Shown here: positions 12,101 through 23,222 of the stretch, one piece after another | How positions within the stretch are numbered: position 1 is the first letter of the stretch | Layout of the letters: each line of letters begins with the position of its first letter | Source: Lama guanicoe | Lineage: Eukaryota | Assembly (NCBI GenBank): GCA_013239625.1 | Contig: MU053758.1 | Coordinates: forward strand, 1,798,001-1,862,000 | Length of the DNA: 64,000 nucleotides | Direction of reading: 5' to 3' | The notes under the pieces: model-generated | Told to the model about the DNA's origin: nothing | What the model saw: only the letters and a program-made list of their open reading frames with translations | The model's database searches: none | Position numbers and translations under genes: made by a program

Positions 12101-14928
12101 CAGGCTGCCCGAGCCGCAGCAGCTCGTCGCTGTCCTTCCACAGCACGCCCCCACCGCTGCCCCTGCTCCAGCAGAGCCCTGCTACTCTGCCCCTGGCCCT
12201 GCCTGGGGCCCCAGCCCCGCTCCCACCCCAGCCGCAGAATGGGCTGGGCCGGGCACCGGGGGCAGCAGGGCTGGGGGCTATGCCCATGGCTGAGGGGCTC
12301 TTGGGGGGGCTGGCGGGCAGCGGGGCCCTGCCCCTCAATGGGCTCCTGGGGGGGTTGAATGGGGCTGCTGCCCCCAACCCTGCAGGCTTGAGCCAGGCTG
12401 GCGGGGCCCCCACGCTGCAGCTGCCAGGTTGTCTTAACAGGTGAGGGAGAGCTCAGCCTGGGGAAGGGAACGGGGAGGCTGGCTCTGGGAGGGACTCCCC
12501 CCAAACACCCACAATCCCCCCAAATTTTGGAAGGCTGTCTTGCGGTCTTACAGGGTACAGAATCTAGTCACCTCTTGGCCCCAGGTGCTCCCTAGATGTT
12601 AGGTGTGAGTGCTGTCTGGGTGGTAGCTCTCCAGAGACAGAATTGTCTGTTTATTCCTTATACCTGAATCTAGGTTTTCCTTCTGAGAAAATTCTTCCAC
12701 CTAACTTGTCTCCCTCCCACTGTCCTCTCTGAGCTCTTGTCCTTTAATATCACACATCCCCGCCTCTCTCCACCTGGGTCTGAGGGAGTCTGGAAGCGTG
12801 TGGGGGCAGGGGAGGAGTGTTTCCCTGTCCCTTCCCATGGTCTGTGTTTTGCCTCCTGCTTCAGCCTAACCGAGCAGCAGAGACACCTCCTGCAGCAGCA
12901 AGAGCAGCAGCTCCAGCAGCTCCAGCAGCTCCTGGCCTCCCCACAGCTGACCCCGGTAATGCCCCTCTCTGCCTGGGCCACCTCCCCGCCTCCTGCTCTG
13001 CTGGAAGGGCCCATCTCAGAGTATCTAGGTCGGCCCCAAAGGGAAGGCTTAGAAGGGAGGGAGAAGAGCCGCAGGCTGGACCCTTATGGATCATGTAGGG
13101 GCAAAGGGGGTTGCTCACAGGGGCCCTGGCCACGGGGACAGAGATGCTGTACTGGCCCCAGATCACATCCTAGTGAGAAGGTCTGGAGGGTGGTGAGTCC
13201 TGTTACTGAGCATTTCCAGTTCCAGCCCCAAGGATCTTCAGTGGGGACTTCAGGGCCCACGTAGAGAGGTAACTGAGCAGGTGACAGACACCCCATCAAC
13301 CAGAGCAGCCCCTTTGAGCTCTTTCTTGTATGTTGAGTTCTACTAAAAATTCCTTTGGTGAAAAGGAGTTCTGCCTTTAAAAAAACAGGGGAATTGGAAA
13401 AATAGAAAAATACTCATTTTCATGTAAAGAAACACTGGGAAGGTAAAAAGAAACCAATTCAGTTGGTTACTTACAGAGGCCAGATGGCAACAGGGGTGAA
13501 AGCAAGATTTCTTAAGATGTAAGCCTTGATAAATAGTTTTGAGTTTTGGAACACTGAAAATGCTCTGCCTGTTCAAAGCAAAGATAAATGAATCTTAAGC
13601 GGAAAAAAAAAAACAAACAAAAAAGAGGAGAGTTGAAAACTATTGACCTCGTTTAGTGTTTCTCAACTTGGGGTCATACCACCCCTGGGGACATTTCTGG
13701 TTGTCATAGCAACTGAGGAATTGCTTTGGTGAGGGGGGATGGGGCCAGGGATGCTAAACCTCCTGCACTTGGCCAGTAGTGCCCTAGCTGACAGACACTG
13801 AGGGTGAGCAACCTCTTTCTTGTCCAGATGGGGAGACTGAGGCCCAGAGTGGGGAGTTAGAGACCAAACCTTGACTATCTCCCAGGCCTCCTGCCTCATG
13901 GTCCTAGTGTGATGGGATGGGGCCCAGGCCAAGCAGGGTGAGATAACCATGGGGACCGCTGGCCAGTGAGCAGTCTGGCCCTGTTGCAGGAACACCAGAC
14001 CGTTGTCTACCAGATGATCCAGCAGATCCAGCAGAAGAGGGAGCTGCAGCGGCTGCAGATGGCCGGGGGCTCCCAGCTGCCCATGGCCAGCCTTCTGGCC
14101 GGAAGCTCCACCCCTCTGCTGTCCGCGGGCACCCCTGGCTTGCTGCCCACAGCATCTGCCCCACCTCTGCTGCCTGCCGGGGCCCTGGTGGCTCCCTCAC
14201 TTGGCAACAACACAAGTCTCATGGCTGCGGCGGCCGCGGCCGCAGCAGTAGCAGCAGCGGGTGGCCCTCCAGTCCTCACTGCCCAGACCAACCCCTTCCT
14301 CAGCCTGGCAGGGGCGGATGGAGGTGGCCCCAAAGGAGGGGTGAGTAAAGGGTCGGGGCCCTCCTGGAGCATTAGAAGGGACGTCATCAGGTGAATCATC
14401 AGAAGGAGGAAGGAAGCGATCCCTGGGTCAGCAGAGTGCCTGCTCTAGGCCCCAGGGCCTCTGCCAGCAAATGGGTGCCCTCCTTCAGGTCCAATAAAGA
14501 TCCCTTCTGCATACGGGCTAACAGCAAAAGGCCCAATTAGAAAATGGCATTCCTCTGGGAAGCCCAATTAGAAAAGGCTGTTTCCTCTCTGATTGGACCA
14601 TTTAGAAAAAGATGATGCTTTGGGTGGGCCATTTGAAGAAAGCCTCTTCCTCCTCCTTCTGTGGGCCTAGAGCCAAAGTCCAAGTGCTGGCCTTGGCGAA
14701 CACATGCCTACGCAGGGCAATTCCTGCCCTCTACACACATGTACTCGTTAACCCTGGTGTGCACCCGCCAGAGCCCAGGCCCTCACTGCACCCTACCTTA
14801 GCTTTCTTGACCCAGGAAGCCATTCTCAAGCAGGTGTTAGGACCATACACCTCCCAAACCCCCAGCCTCCCTTCCTCTTTTTCCAGACCGCTGACAAAGG
14901 AGCCTCAGCCAACCAGGAAAAAGGCTAA
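102..14928 (+). CDS. MLLT6: Protein AF-17 (PHD/Zn-knuckle, OM-leucine zipper, Q-rich; DOT1L partner). 5'-partial, 16 coding exons visible
   Basis: Exons: 102-205, 459-552, 2701-2874, 3565-3663, 6058-6277, 6846-7460, 7906-8087, 8321-8429, 9647-9713, 9918-10063, 10573-10770, 10871-10959, 12091-12440, 12865-12955, 13990-14340, 14887-14928 (TAA). All introns are GT-AG with consistent phases. The translation TCYICEEQGRESKAASGACMTC...EQLLEKQ...LHALQKENQRLQEQILSL...TADKGASANQEKG* matches AF-17 as I recall it. Confidence 0.97.
840..985. mobile_element. MIR-like SINE
   Basis: Degenerate MIR core (…atcctcc/aacaaccc…agatgagtaaactaaggc). Family assigned from memory. Confidence 0.6.
1686..1817. mobile_element. 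MER94-like hAT DNA transposon relic
   Basis: Starts with AGGG-like and ends with GGTCACCT, with internal gtcccagtt…gtaattattaatagc. Family assigned from memory. Confidence 0.5.
4890..5075. mobile_element. MIR SINE
   Basis: Contains gaaacaggcacagag…ttaagtaatttgtctaa…cacacagctagt…ggatttgaacccaggcagtc, a classic MIR core. Confidence 0.8.
9560..11020. promoter_or_regulatory. Intragenic CpG island / GC-box cluster in MLLT6
   Basis: Visibly CpG-rich, with repeated GGCCCCGCCC/GCCCCACCC motifs in intron 10064-10572. Confidence 0.6.
11460..11730. mobile_element. MIR-like SINE fragments
   Basis: Contains tgtgtgacttgggca, cttcacaataac…cccccatgtta and gggatttgagcc. Confidence 0.55.
13650..13780. mobile_element. 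MER20-like DNA transposon fragment
   Basis: Contains tttctcaac…ggggacattt…ggttgtcatagcaactg…ggccagggatgctaaac. Family assigned from memory. Confidence 0.6.
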
Positions 14929-17900
14929 ATCCACCCACGCCCCTGCTGATCCCCCAAGTGGAGGGGCAGATCCTGGCCTGAGGGGTCCCAGCCTGGAGCG
15001 GGCACCTGTGCCCAGACACTGGAGAGCCCTGGCCCAGAGCATGTGCTGAGGGCCAGGGGTTGTGGGGTGCTCCTGGTGCCGAGGACTGAGACCAAGAGGG
15101 GAGCCCTTTCCATCTAGCCCCCCTTCCACTTTGCGCTGGGCCTTTTGTGAGGGGCTCAGAGGGGGTCAGGCTCCAAGCCTGCCTAGGAGCCCCCATTCTC
15201 AGTGAATGTTTTGAGGTTTCCCAGAAAGCATGTTAAGTGGGCCATCGCATAAGTGGGGGGTTGGTTGAATCCACCACATAAAATGGATCAGCACTTGTGT
15301 GGGAGAAGTAGGGGGGGTTTGGCCCTGGGCCTGCCCCTGTGCAGAAGTCTTCTATAGAAGGAGGAAGAGCCCTGCTTGACCTGCGGTTTCTTCCCAACTT
15401 GGGCAGACGGCAGGAGGGCTCCCTGGGGCTGTTTCTTGCTGGGCCCCTTCCCCTGCCCCCCCACAAGGGTCACAAGCTGAGCTTGTAAAAGCCCACAGAC
15501 TAAGAGGCTGAGGAAGGGGCAGGGTGGCATCAAATTCGGCCCAAGCCTCCCTACCTCTGGGGGGTAGGTCCCAGTGATCAGCCGGGGGAGGGCAGGGGGA
15601 GGGCGGCCCAGCCCCCTCGGTGCCCTGCCCCTTGTTTGCACTATTGGATTTAGGAGTGCCGAGGGTGGGGAGATGAAGCGGCCTGACTCAGAGAGCTTGT
15701 GTGTGTGTGTGTGTGTGCGCGCAAGCGTGCATGTGTCTGTCTGTCTCTCCCTGGACCCCGGGCAGCCAAGGGCAGGGAGGGAAGCAGTGCTCAGATGGGG
15801 CAGCATCAGAGGGGCGCCCCTAGCTCTTGTTTGCACCCTCTCACCTCACCAACTTTAGTCCCTTTCTGGGGCCTGAATGGTTAACAAAAACCAGAAGAGT
15901 ACTCCAATATTGGAGAGTAACTGGGGGCTGGGGGCTTTGAATCAGGGTGATATCCTGCCTTTCCTCCCCCAGACCTCGTGTGGTCTCAGTGCCCCTCCAA
16001 GCTCCCCTTCCGCCACTGATTATTGGTCCTGCTTCCCTGACACAAGGGGAGCCCCAGGGATTAGGGGGTAAAGTGCCACTTCTTTCAGTGAAAACCTTCT
16101 TCCCAGAGTTAGCCCACCTGCCTCCCCCTTCCCTCCCCCCACCCCCACCAACCAGGGGAGACTTAAGCTTAAGCTGACCTAACAACTGTCCCTTCACCCA
16201 CCAGCTATTTCCCTGGGGTGTAGTGGGCAGTTCTCACCTTAAAGAGTCCCCACCTGCCCAGAGCCTTTGGTGGCCAAGGTTGAGGACAGATGGGATGGCC
16301 AGGAGGGGGACGAGGTTGAAGCCTGTGTCTGTCTCGGGTGCACTGGGGTCCGAGCCGGGAGGGGGTGCGTCCAGCTTCCCTGATGCCTGTGTCTAGTCAG
16401 TCTCTTTGCATGTGCAGATTTGTATGTGTGTGTATGTGTGTGTGTGTGTGTTTCTGTTTGGGTTTTTGTTGTTGTTGGTTTTGTTTTGTTTTTTAAATAA
16501 AGAAAAGAAGATGTGTATATTTTTGGCAACGACAGAAACGTAGTGCAGATATATTTTTGCCTGTGCTGCTCAACTGGTTTTTTTCTGATACTGAAAATAA
16601 TATTAATATTCCTGTTGATAAGACTTTGTAAGATGTTAGGGAGCTGATAATGGAGGGGGTGGGTGGGAATCCTTCAGAGGCAATTTCTTAGGCACTTGCA
16701 AGGGCTTAGGGGGAGGGGGGAGGCAGTTGTGATGACCTCAGAAATACTTTTTATTAATGCTAAATATCAGTTAGAAAGACATGATAGAATTCAGCATTTT
16801 ATTCATCTTCATCTATTAAGCTCTCTAACTCCCTGCCCCCAAACCACTGAAAAGAAAAAACAACTTTCAGAGATTCTTAGAAGAGAGGCTCATTCACACC
16901 CACATCCTCGCCCAAGGTCAGCCCACTTAGAGCTGAAGTCAGCTTCTGTTCTGGATGGTGAGGGAAGTCCATCCACCCCAAGGCTGCTGTGGCAGAGGGT
17001 GAGAGGTCCCAATGTCTTATTGCACTGGAACCAAGAACTCCTCTTCCCTCCAGCACCTGAGAGCCTGGGGTTCTCATCTCCAAGAGTCTGTTTTCCTACT
17101 TTCTCCAGGCTGGGTGCAGTGGCAGGTAGGCAGGTTAGATTTGAAGAAGGTGCCCAGGCTGGGTATGGGTTGGTGCAGTCCCAGGATTTGGGGCAGGGGG
17201 CATGACAGAGGTGGTGCATTTTCCTCTTTGGAGGGAGCTTTATAATAGGCACGGTCTGGAACACTTCAGGAGGGAGCCGGGTCCCAGTGCCAGGGGTCCA
17301 GCTACCTTGACCCCACCCTCCTCTCTCAGCCTCAGTCCCTTTTTCTAGGATGAATTTGGATGGGGAGCAGGAAGGGATGCAGATTTATAGATTGTTCTGT
17401 CTAGGTGAGGGGAAGGATGTGGTTTGCAGGGCGGACGTGGAGCTTGAAAGTGTGGAGTGCTTCGTGTGTCATACCCTCAGCACGGAGGTGTGAGTGGGCT
17501 GTGCATGCAGAGCTGCTGTCTGGCCTGAGGTCACAAACTAGTGCATGAATGTCAGAGCTGGAAGGGACCTGTCTTTAGGGGTCGTGGGAGCCAGGTCCTG
17601 CTTCACAGGTGATGGCTCCAAGCCTCAGAGGGGCAGGGGCTCAGGGGCAGAGCCAGGACCAGCCCTCAGGACCCTGGCCTCCTGGTCCTTGGCTCTCCTG
17701 CCCCACTGCGCTGCCTCCATGTGGCTGTCTGTCCCTGTGTGTGTGTGACCTGCGGTGTGAATGCAGGGCTGTGCCCGGGGTGGGGGGCATCTGTAAAGCA
17801 CTGTCTTAGCTCAGAGCTGATGGATCCTCTCCAGAGACAATGACACTTTAAAAATTGCCTTTTCTTTCTACTTTGATTTTTTTCCTATTTGTATGTGAGT

Positions 17901-18760
17901 TTTTCCCCTCAGGCTCCTGGGTCTACTGCTGCCTCCCTGTGCCCTTACCTTGAGGCTGATGAGAGCACCCCGCCCACTCCTGTCCTGAGTTCTAGGGAAG
18001 TCCTCCTAGGAAGGGCCTGGACAGTGAGGGGGACTGGAGCCGGGGAGAGAAGGACCCAGCTCTGAGAGACGGCGACCTCCTCCACACGTCCCTTTCCCAA
18101 CTGGAAATGCAGACAAGTTTTCAAAGGCACAGGCTCCCCCTGCCAGCTTCCAGCATCTTCCTTGGTGTGTGGTGGGCCCAAGTTAGGGGCAGGCAGCTTG
18201 TTCCAGATTCTCCTTTTTATCGCAGCTGGTTTTCCTGGGGAGAGGTGCCTGGAGGGATTAATGGGGAACTTGCAGGAAAGCAAGGGCGATACCCTGGCTC
18301 CTTCCAATCACATCAATCCAGGTTAAAAGTGTGTCTGGCTCCCAACCACTTTGACTTGATCTGCTGAAACGTTGGGAACTGAGGGGTGCCTTTGTTGCCC
18401 TTTGTTCACTTCCTCCAGCTTCCTTCTTAGGACTTAGGTGGTGGGGCTGGAGACTCAAACCCTGGCTCCCACCCTGTCCCCCTCTTTCCATCCTAGCCTG
18501 TCTCAATGTAGCAGACACTTCCTAGGGGAGCAGGGAGGGGAAGCCACAGTTTGCAAACCCAGGGGCTCCTTTTTCATTCTTTCTAAAGCCTCCTTTATAT
18601 CCTCAACCCAAAAGGCAATGCCCCTCCCCTTGCCACCTCCAAGTCTGGAATTGTGCATAACACGGATCTTGTATCTTTGTATAACGGATGTTATTTGTAC
18701 GAAGGGCAGTTCGTAAACAGCACTTGTTCTTTTAATAAAAGAATGTTTTACAAAAAAAAA
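14929..18760 (+). other. MLLT6: MLLT6 3' UTR (~3.8 kb)
   Basis: Follows the stop codon. Distal AATAAA at 18734-18739 with upstream TGTA motifs; a proximal AATAAA at 16496-16501. Confidence 0.7.
18734..18739 (+). terminator. Polyadenylation signal of MLLT6
   Basis: AATAAA preceded by three TGTA (CFIm) motifs and followed by U/GU-rich sequence. Confidence 0.7.
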
Positions 18761-18953
18761 ATCCAAAGAGACACTGCTTTGTCTTGCTTTATTGAAGGGA
18801 AAGGGAGGTGGGGAGGTGGAGTGCCTACTGTGGGAGTCTTGGGAGGAGGTAGGTGTGGTCGGAGGATGGTCTAATAAACTTCTTAAAGCACTTAGAATAG
18901 TAGTTTGCAGATCAAAATGCACAAAATACCCAGATTGCATATGGACTGCCATT

Positions 18954-19053
18954 TAGATAGATTAGATAGATAGATAGTAGAATAGATAGACGGATAGATG
19001 GATGATAGGTTAGCAGGTAGGTAGGCAGGCAGGCAGGCAGGCAAGCAAGCAAG
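18954..19053. repeat. Compound tetranucleotide microsatellite (GATA/GGAT/GGTA/GGCA/AGCA)
   Basis: Directly visible tandem 4-mers. Confidence 0.9.
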
Positions 19054-19179
19054 CCTTTAAAAAAAAGAACTCTGATACCTGTGCCCCACCCATAAGAATG
19101 CAAGCAGGCCTGGCTTAGAAACACAAGCTCCCTAGGCGATATGTATCGGTACGCACTCCTAGAAACACTGCCTTAAGAC

Positions 19180-19700
19180 TGCAAGTGAAAACGGTTCCGG
19201 AAACGGTCCCGTGCGAGCGGGGACCCTGGAGGGAGCAGGAGATGCTCCGCGCAGGTCATCTGCAGACACGCGGGTACCAAAGGGGGCGCCGGAGAGCCCT
19301 CCACACAGCAGGGGCCCCGAGGCGGCTGCCGGGCCGGCCCCTCGGCCGGACTTCCGGCGGCTGGAGATGGACCGGCCCGCTCAGGTCTCCGGCCCACACC
19401 CGCGCGAACCCCGCAGCGTCTTCCGGGACGAAGCGGGGCCGGGCGGGTGGAAGGCGGGGAAGCGGGAAGGTGACCTGCGCGCGGGGCGGAGCCGGCGTGG
19501 AGCGGTGGCCGCGGGACCAGCATGGGCGGCATGGACGCGCTCCTGCGGCGGGCGGCCTGGGTGGGCACCCGCGGCCGCGCGCGGCGGGCGTCCGGGCCCC
19601 TCCCATCCCCTCCTCTCCCTGCCCGCCCCTCGGCTGAGCGCCCTCCGAGCCCCGGCGTGGCCTGGTGCTTTGCAGCCCTCCCTCAGCGCCTGCTGGGTGC
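19180..19700 (+). promoter_or_regulatory. CISD3 CpG-island promoter
   Basis: Very high CpG density, ETS-type motifs (TTCCGGAA at 19195-19202, ACTTCCGG near 19350) and GC boxes upstream of the ATG at 19522. Confidence 0.85.
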
Positions 19701-21718
19701 CAGCAACTCCTCTTCCTGTCTCGGGACCCCATATTCTTACCCTCGGGTTTCTCCCACGCCCCCAAGTCCTGTCGTCCCTTCCCTCCCAGATGACTTGCTT
19801 CTGGAAGTCTTCCACTTTCCACTGACTTTATTTTTCGTTTCTGAATTACTGCTCCGTGATGCCAGCTTGCTTTGCCGAAGCTGAACCAGAGACGGGACAT
19901 CTCCTCCTGGCTGGTAAGTACCCCCACTGCGTTTCCCCTTCTCCCCGCCCAAGTCCCCCAGGCCCAGAGACCCCAGAGGTCGTGACCAGAGGAGGGAACC
20001 ACAATGGGTCAACCCTGCTTCCTAGACTCCAGCCTGAGAATGCCTTGTCTGTAGCCACCTCCTCATGGTGCAGGGAAGGTACACTGACCAGAGAGCCCAG
20101 GGCAGGGAGTAGGCTTCCGAGCTGGGAACAGCGGTGCCTGATAAACAGCTGCAGGTGCACTTGGACCTGCTTAGTCTGGCAGGATCCTGGAACTCCCCGC
20201 TCCAGCACCCTGGTGAGAGCAGTGGGCTGACCCTGAGCTCCTCATCTTCTCTGCCACAGGCCCGATGGTTCCCCAAAGCCCCTGCCAAGCCTGTGGTGGC
20301 CCTGAAAACACCCATCAAGGTGGAGCTGGTGGCTGGGAAAACCTACAGGTGGTGTGTGTGTGGCCGCAGCAAGAAGCAGGTGAGAGGCCCCTACCCACCC
20401 CTTCTCATTGACATATGACACCACTAGTTGGGGACACCACGTGTCTCATGGGAACTCCCACCCCAAGACCTTTCTCTTTTACCCACACATACCTGAGGGA
20501 CAAGGAAGGTTGGAGAGGGAAAAATACTCTCAGGCCAGCACCACCCGCAGCCCTGAGCTCCTTGTTCTCTGCGTCCATTCTTCAAGATGCAGCCAGAGAG
20601 ATAGAAACTCAGGCAGGTGGAGCCAGGGTCCTGCCTCTTCTGGTGCTCCGTCCTTCTCAAAGGCATGCTCCTGGCTTCAAGCCCAGAGAGGCTTGCCTGT
20701 CTCTCCCTCTTCCCTCTCCTCCATCTAGGAACCACCTGGGCCAAAGGTTCCCAGGTTTCGGACCCAAACATACAGAAGACTCTGCTCAGCCTCTCAGCCT
20801 TCTGTGTGCTCCTTTCCGGTGTCTGCTCCCCAAATGCCTCCGTTTCTCAGTTTCCACGACTTTCCTAGTTTCTTGCTGTCTTGTCAGCCTGGCTGCCTGC
20901 TCCCAACTCCTTCTCTCTTCTGCCCCAGGAGCCTTTCATCCAGCAGGAACCTGCCCCGTGTTCTTAGCCTTTGGGGCCTTTCCTTCCTGAGTTGAGCTCT
21001 GAACTGCGTTCCTCCAAGGGCATGGCATCAGCAGCCCAAGGCCCTGAGTCCCACGTGGCCGCTGACTTGCCATGGACTTTGAGCGGGTCCTCATGAGGGC
21101 GGTGCAGTGCTGAGGGATTGTCTGCCAGTGAGGCCTAGACAGGTGGGCCCTCTGTGCCTCTTGCCCTCTGGGACAGGTTGCTGATATTTATTTGCACACT
21201 TTTCTCATTTCTCTCTCCTTCTACCCAATCCTGACCCCCAAGATCAAGAGGCCTTGGTTCCAGCTCTGTCACTAACTGGCAAACCAGCTCTCTGGGCTCA
21301 GTTTTCACTACCCAGGCTCTGCGTGGACACCTTCGGGGATGGAAGGGGGTATATGCTTGCACCAGGCATCCAGTTCTCTGTGGCTTTCCCTACCTCCCTG
21401 TAACATGCCCAATTTCCTGCAGACAAACAAAATTGATACCCCAATTTTTTTTTTAATTTAAGTATAGTTGGCTTACAAGGTGTTAGTTGCTGGTGTACAG
21501 CATAGGGATTCAGTTACACATATATATATTCCTTTTCATATTCTTTTTCATTATAGGCTATTACAAGGTATTGAATACAGTTCCCTGTGCTATACAGTAG
21601 GACCTTGTTTATTCTTTTAATTTATTTTATTTACTTATTTTATTTTTTATTGAAGTGATTTACAATGTTAGTTTCAGATGTACAGCAAGGCAATTCAGAT
21701 ATACATACTATCTATCTG

Positions 21719-21755
<37 letters not shown>

Positions 21756-22799
21756 TTTATATATAGTAGTTTGTATCTGCAAATCCCAAATTCCCATTTT
21801 ATCCTTCCACCTTCCCCTTTCTCTCTTGGTATCCGTAAGTTTATTTTCTATGTCTGTGTCTGTCTCTGTTTGGTAAATAAGTTCATTTGTGTCCTTTTTT
21901 TAAGATTCCATGTATAAGTGATATCATGGTATTTTTCTTTCTGGCTTACTTCACTTAGTATGACTATCTCCAGGTCCATCCATCTTGCAGCAAATGGCAT
22001 TTCATTCTTTTTTATGGCCGAGTAGTATTCCATTGTGTATATTTACCACAGCTTCTTTATCCAGTCCTCTGTCAATGGAGTCTTAGGTTGCTTCCATGTC
22101 TTGGCTATTGTAAATAAGAGTGCTGCTATGAACATTGGGGTGCGTGAATCTTTTCAAATTAGTTTCCTCCAGATATATGCCCAGGAGTGATACCCCAGTC
22201 TTAAAGCCCAATCAGTTTTTATCCCAAGAACATGCAGAAGGAAATAAATTTCATGAACCAATGGAGACTCAGAGCCATTAAAAAAAACCCCAAAAACCTA
22301 TCATTGTAAATATTGCAGATACCTAAAGTCCCATTTCACCTTGAAAATTCTGTTCTTGTGTCCTGGTCCTCTGGGTCCCCCAGAAACTACTCCTGTAAAG
22401 ACTCAGACTTACTGAACACGTATGTCAGGCAAAGTGCATGATAACCATTTATTTTGCTGGGATAACTCTACTCTTACTACTAATGCATTACAGATAAGAA
22501 AGGTTCATCAGTGAACCCAGGCAGCCTCACCCAGGAGCCTGGGCCCTGACCACTGTGCGCTGCCCCTCTCAGACCTGACCTAGGTGGGGTAGGGTCTCTA
22601 ATGTCTCTTTCCCTCACAGCCCTTCTGTGATGGCTCCCACTTCTTCCAACGCACCGGCCTATCCCCACTCAAGTTCAAAGCCCAGGAGACCCGCATGGTA
22701 GTGCTCTGTACCTGTAAGGCTACCCAGAAGCCCCCATTCTGTGATGGCACCCACAAGAGTGAGCGGGTGCAGAAGGCAGAAGTGGGCTCCCCGCTCTGA
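19522..22799 (+). CDS. CISD3: CDGSH iron-sulfur domain-containing protein 3, mitochondrial (MiNT)
   Basis: Exons: 19522-19560, 19881(or 19866)-19913, 20260-20379, 22620-22799 (TGA). Two CDGSH motifs: WCVCGRSKKQPFCDGSH and LCTCKATQKPPFCDGTH. The exon-2 acceptor is ambiguous (see findings). Confidence 0.95.
21444..22187 (-). mobile_element. 5'-truncated L1 3' end with target-site duplication, a nested second 3' fragment and (TATC)n
   Basis: Poly-T head and L1 ORF2-end peptide [22 protein letters not shown] on the minus strand. TSD TGATACCCCA at 21434-21443 and 22188-22197. Confidence 0.85.
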
Positions 22800-22947
22800 G
22801 AGGGTGGCTGCCACCCAGCCCAAGAAGGGATCACCCAGCGAACCCAGTACCCATAGCTGGCTCGTGAAAGACTTCCATAACCTGAGATCTCCCATCTGGG
22901 GCAGCTGGGAACAGGCCCCCGCTACAGTGCCTGTTGGTGAAGATGGC

Positions 22948-22957
22948 ATTAAATAAA
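22948..22957 (+). terminator. Polyadenylation signal of CISD3
   Basis: Overlapping ATTAAA/AATAAA about 150 nt after the stop codon. Confidence 0.7.
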
Positions 22958-23216
22958 TATGCCCACGTCCCTCCAGTGGTGTCCTTGTGGTCACTTGTGT
23001 GAGGGACACAACCCATCCCCCATCTCTGCAAATTAACCTGGGCTGGGAACACCTGACTGGCCACAGGGAGCGGCAAGTTCCGGTTCATTGCAGTTGGGGT
23101 CCCCCAAGGCAGGCTGAGCCAAGACAAGAGACATGAGGAAGAGGCCAAGGGACCCACCCACCCTCTCCCTGTCCCCTCTGCCCCAAAGAATTACAGACTC
23201 TGGAAAGTATGCAGCA

Positions 23217-23222
23217 TTTATT
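23217..23222 (-). terminator. Distal polyadenylation signal of PCGF2
   Basis: TTTATT on + reads AATAAA on -, about 1.27 kb past the PCGF2 stop. Confidence 0.65.

Noticed and set aside
16161..16175. Short palindrome CTTAAGCTTAAG
   Set aside because: Too short to distinguish from chance.
19173..20002. Long overlapping ORFs (up to 248 aa) at the CISD3 promoter
   Set aside because: Expected from stop-codon depletion in a GC-rich island; low-complexity R/G/P/A translations with no recognisable domain.
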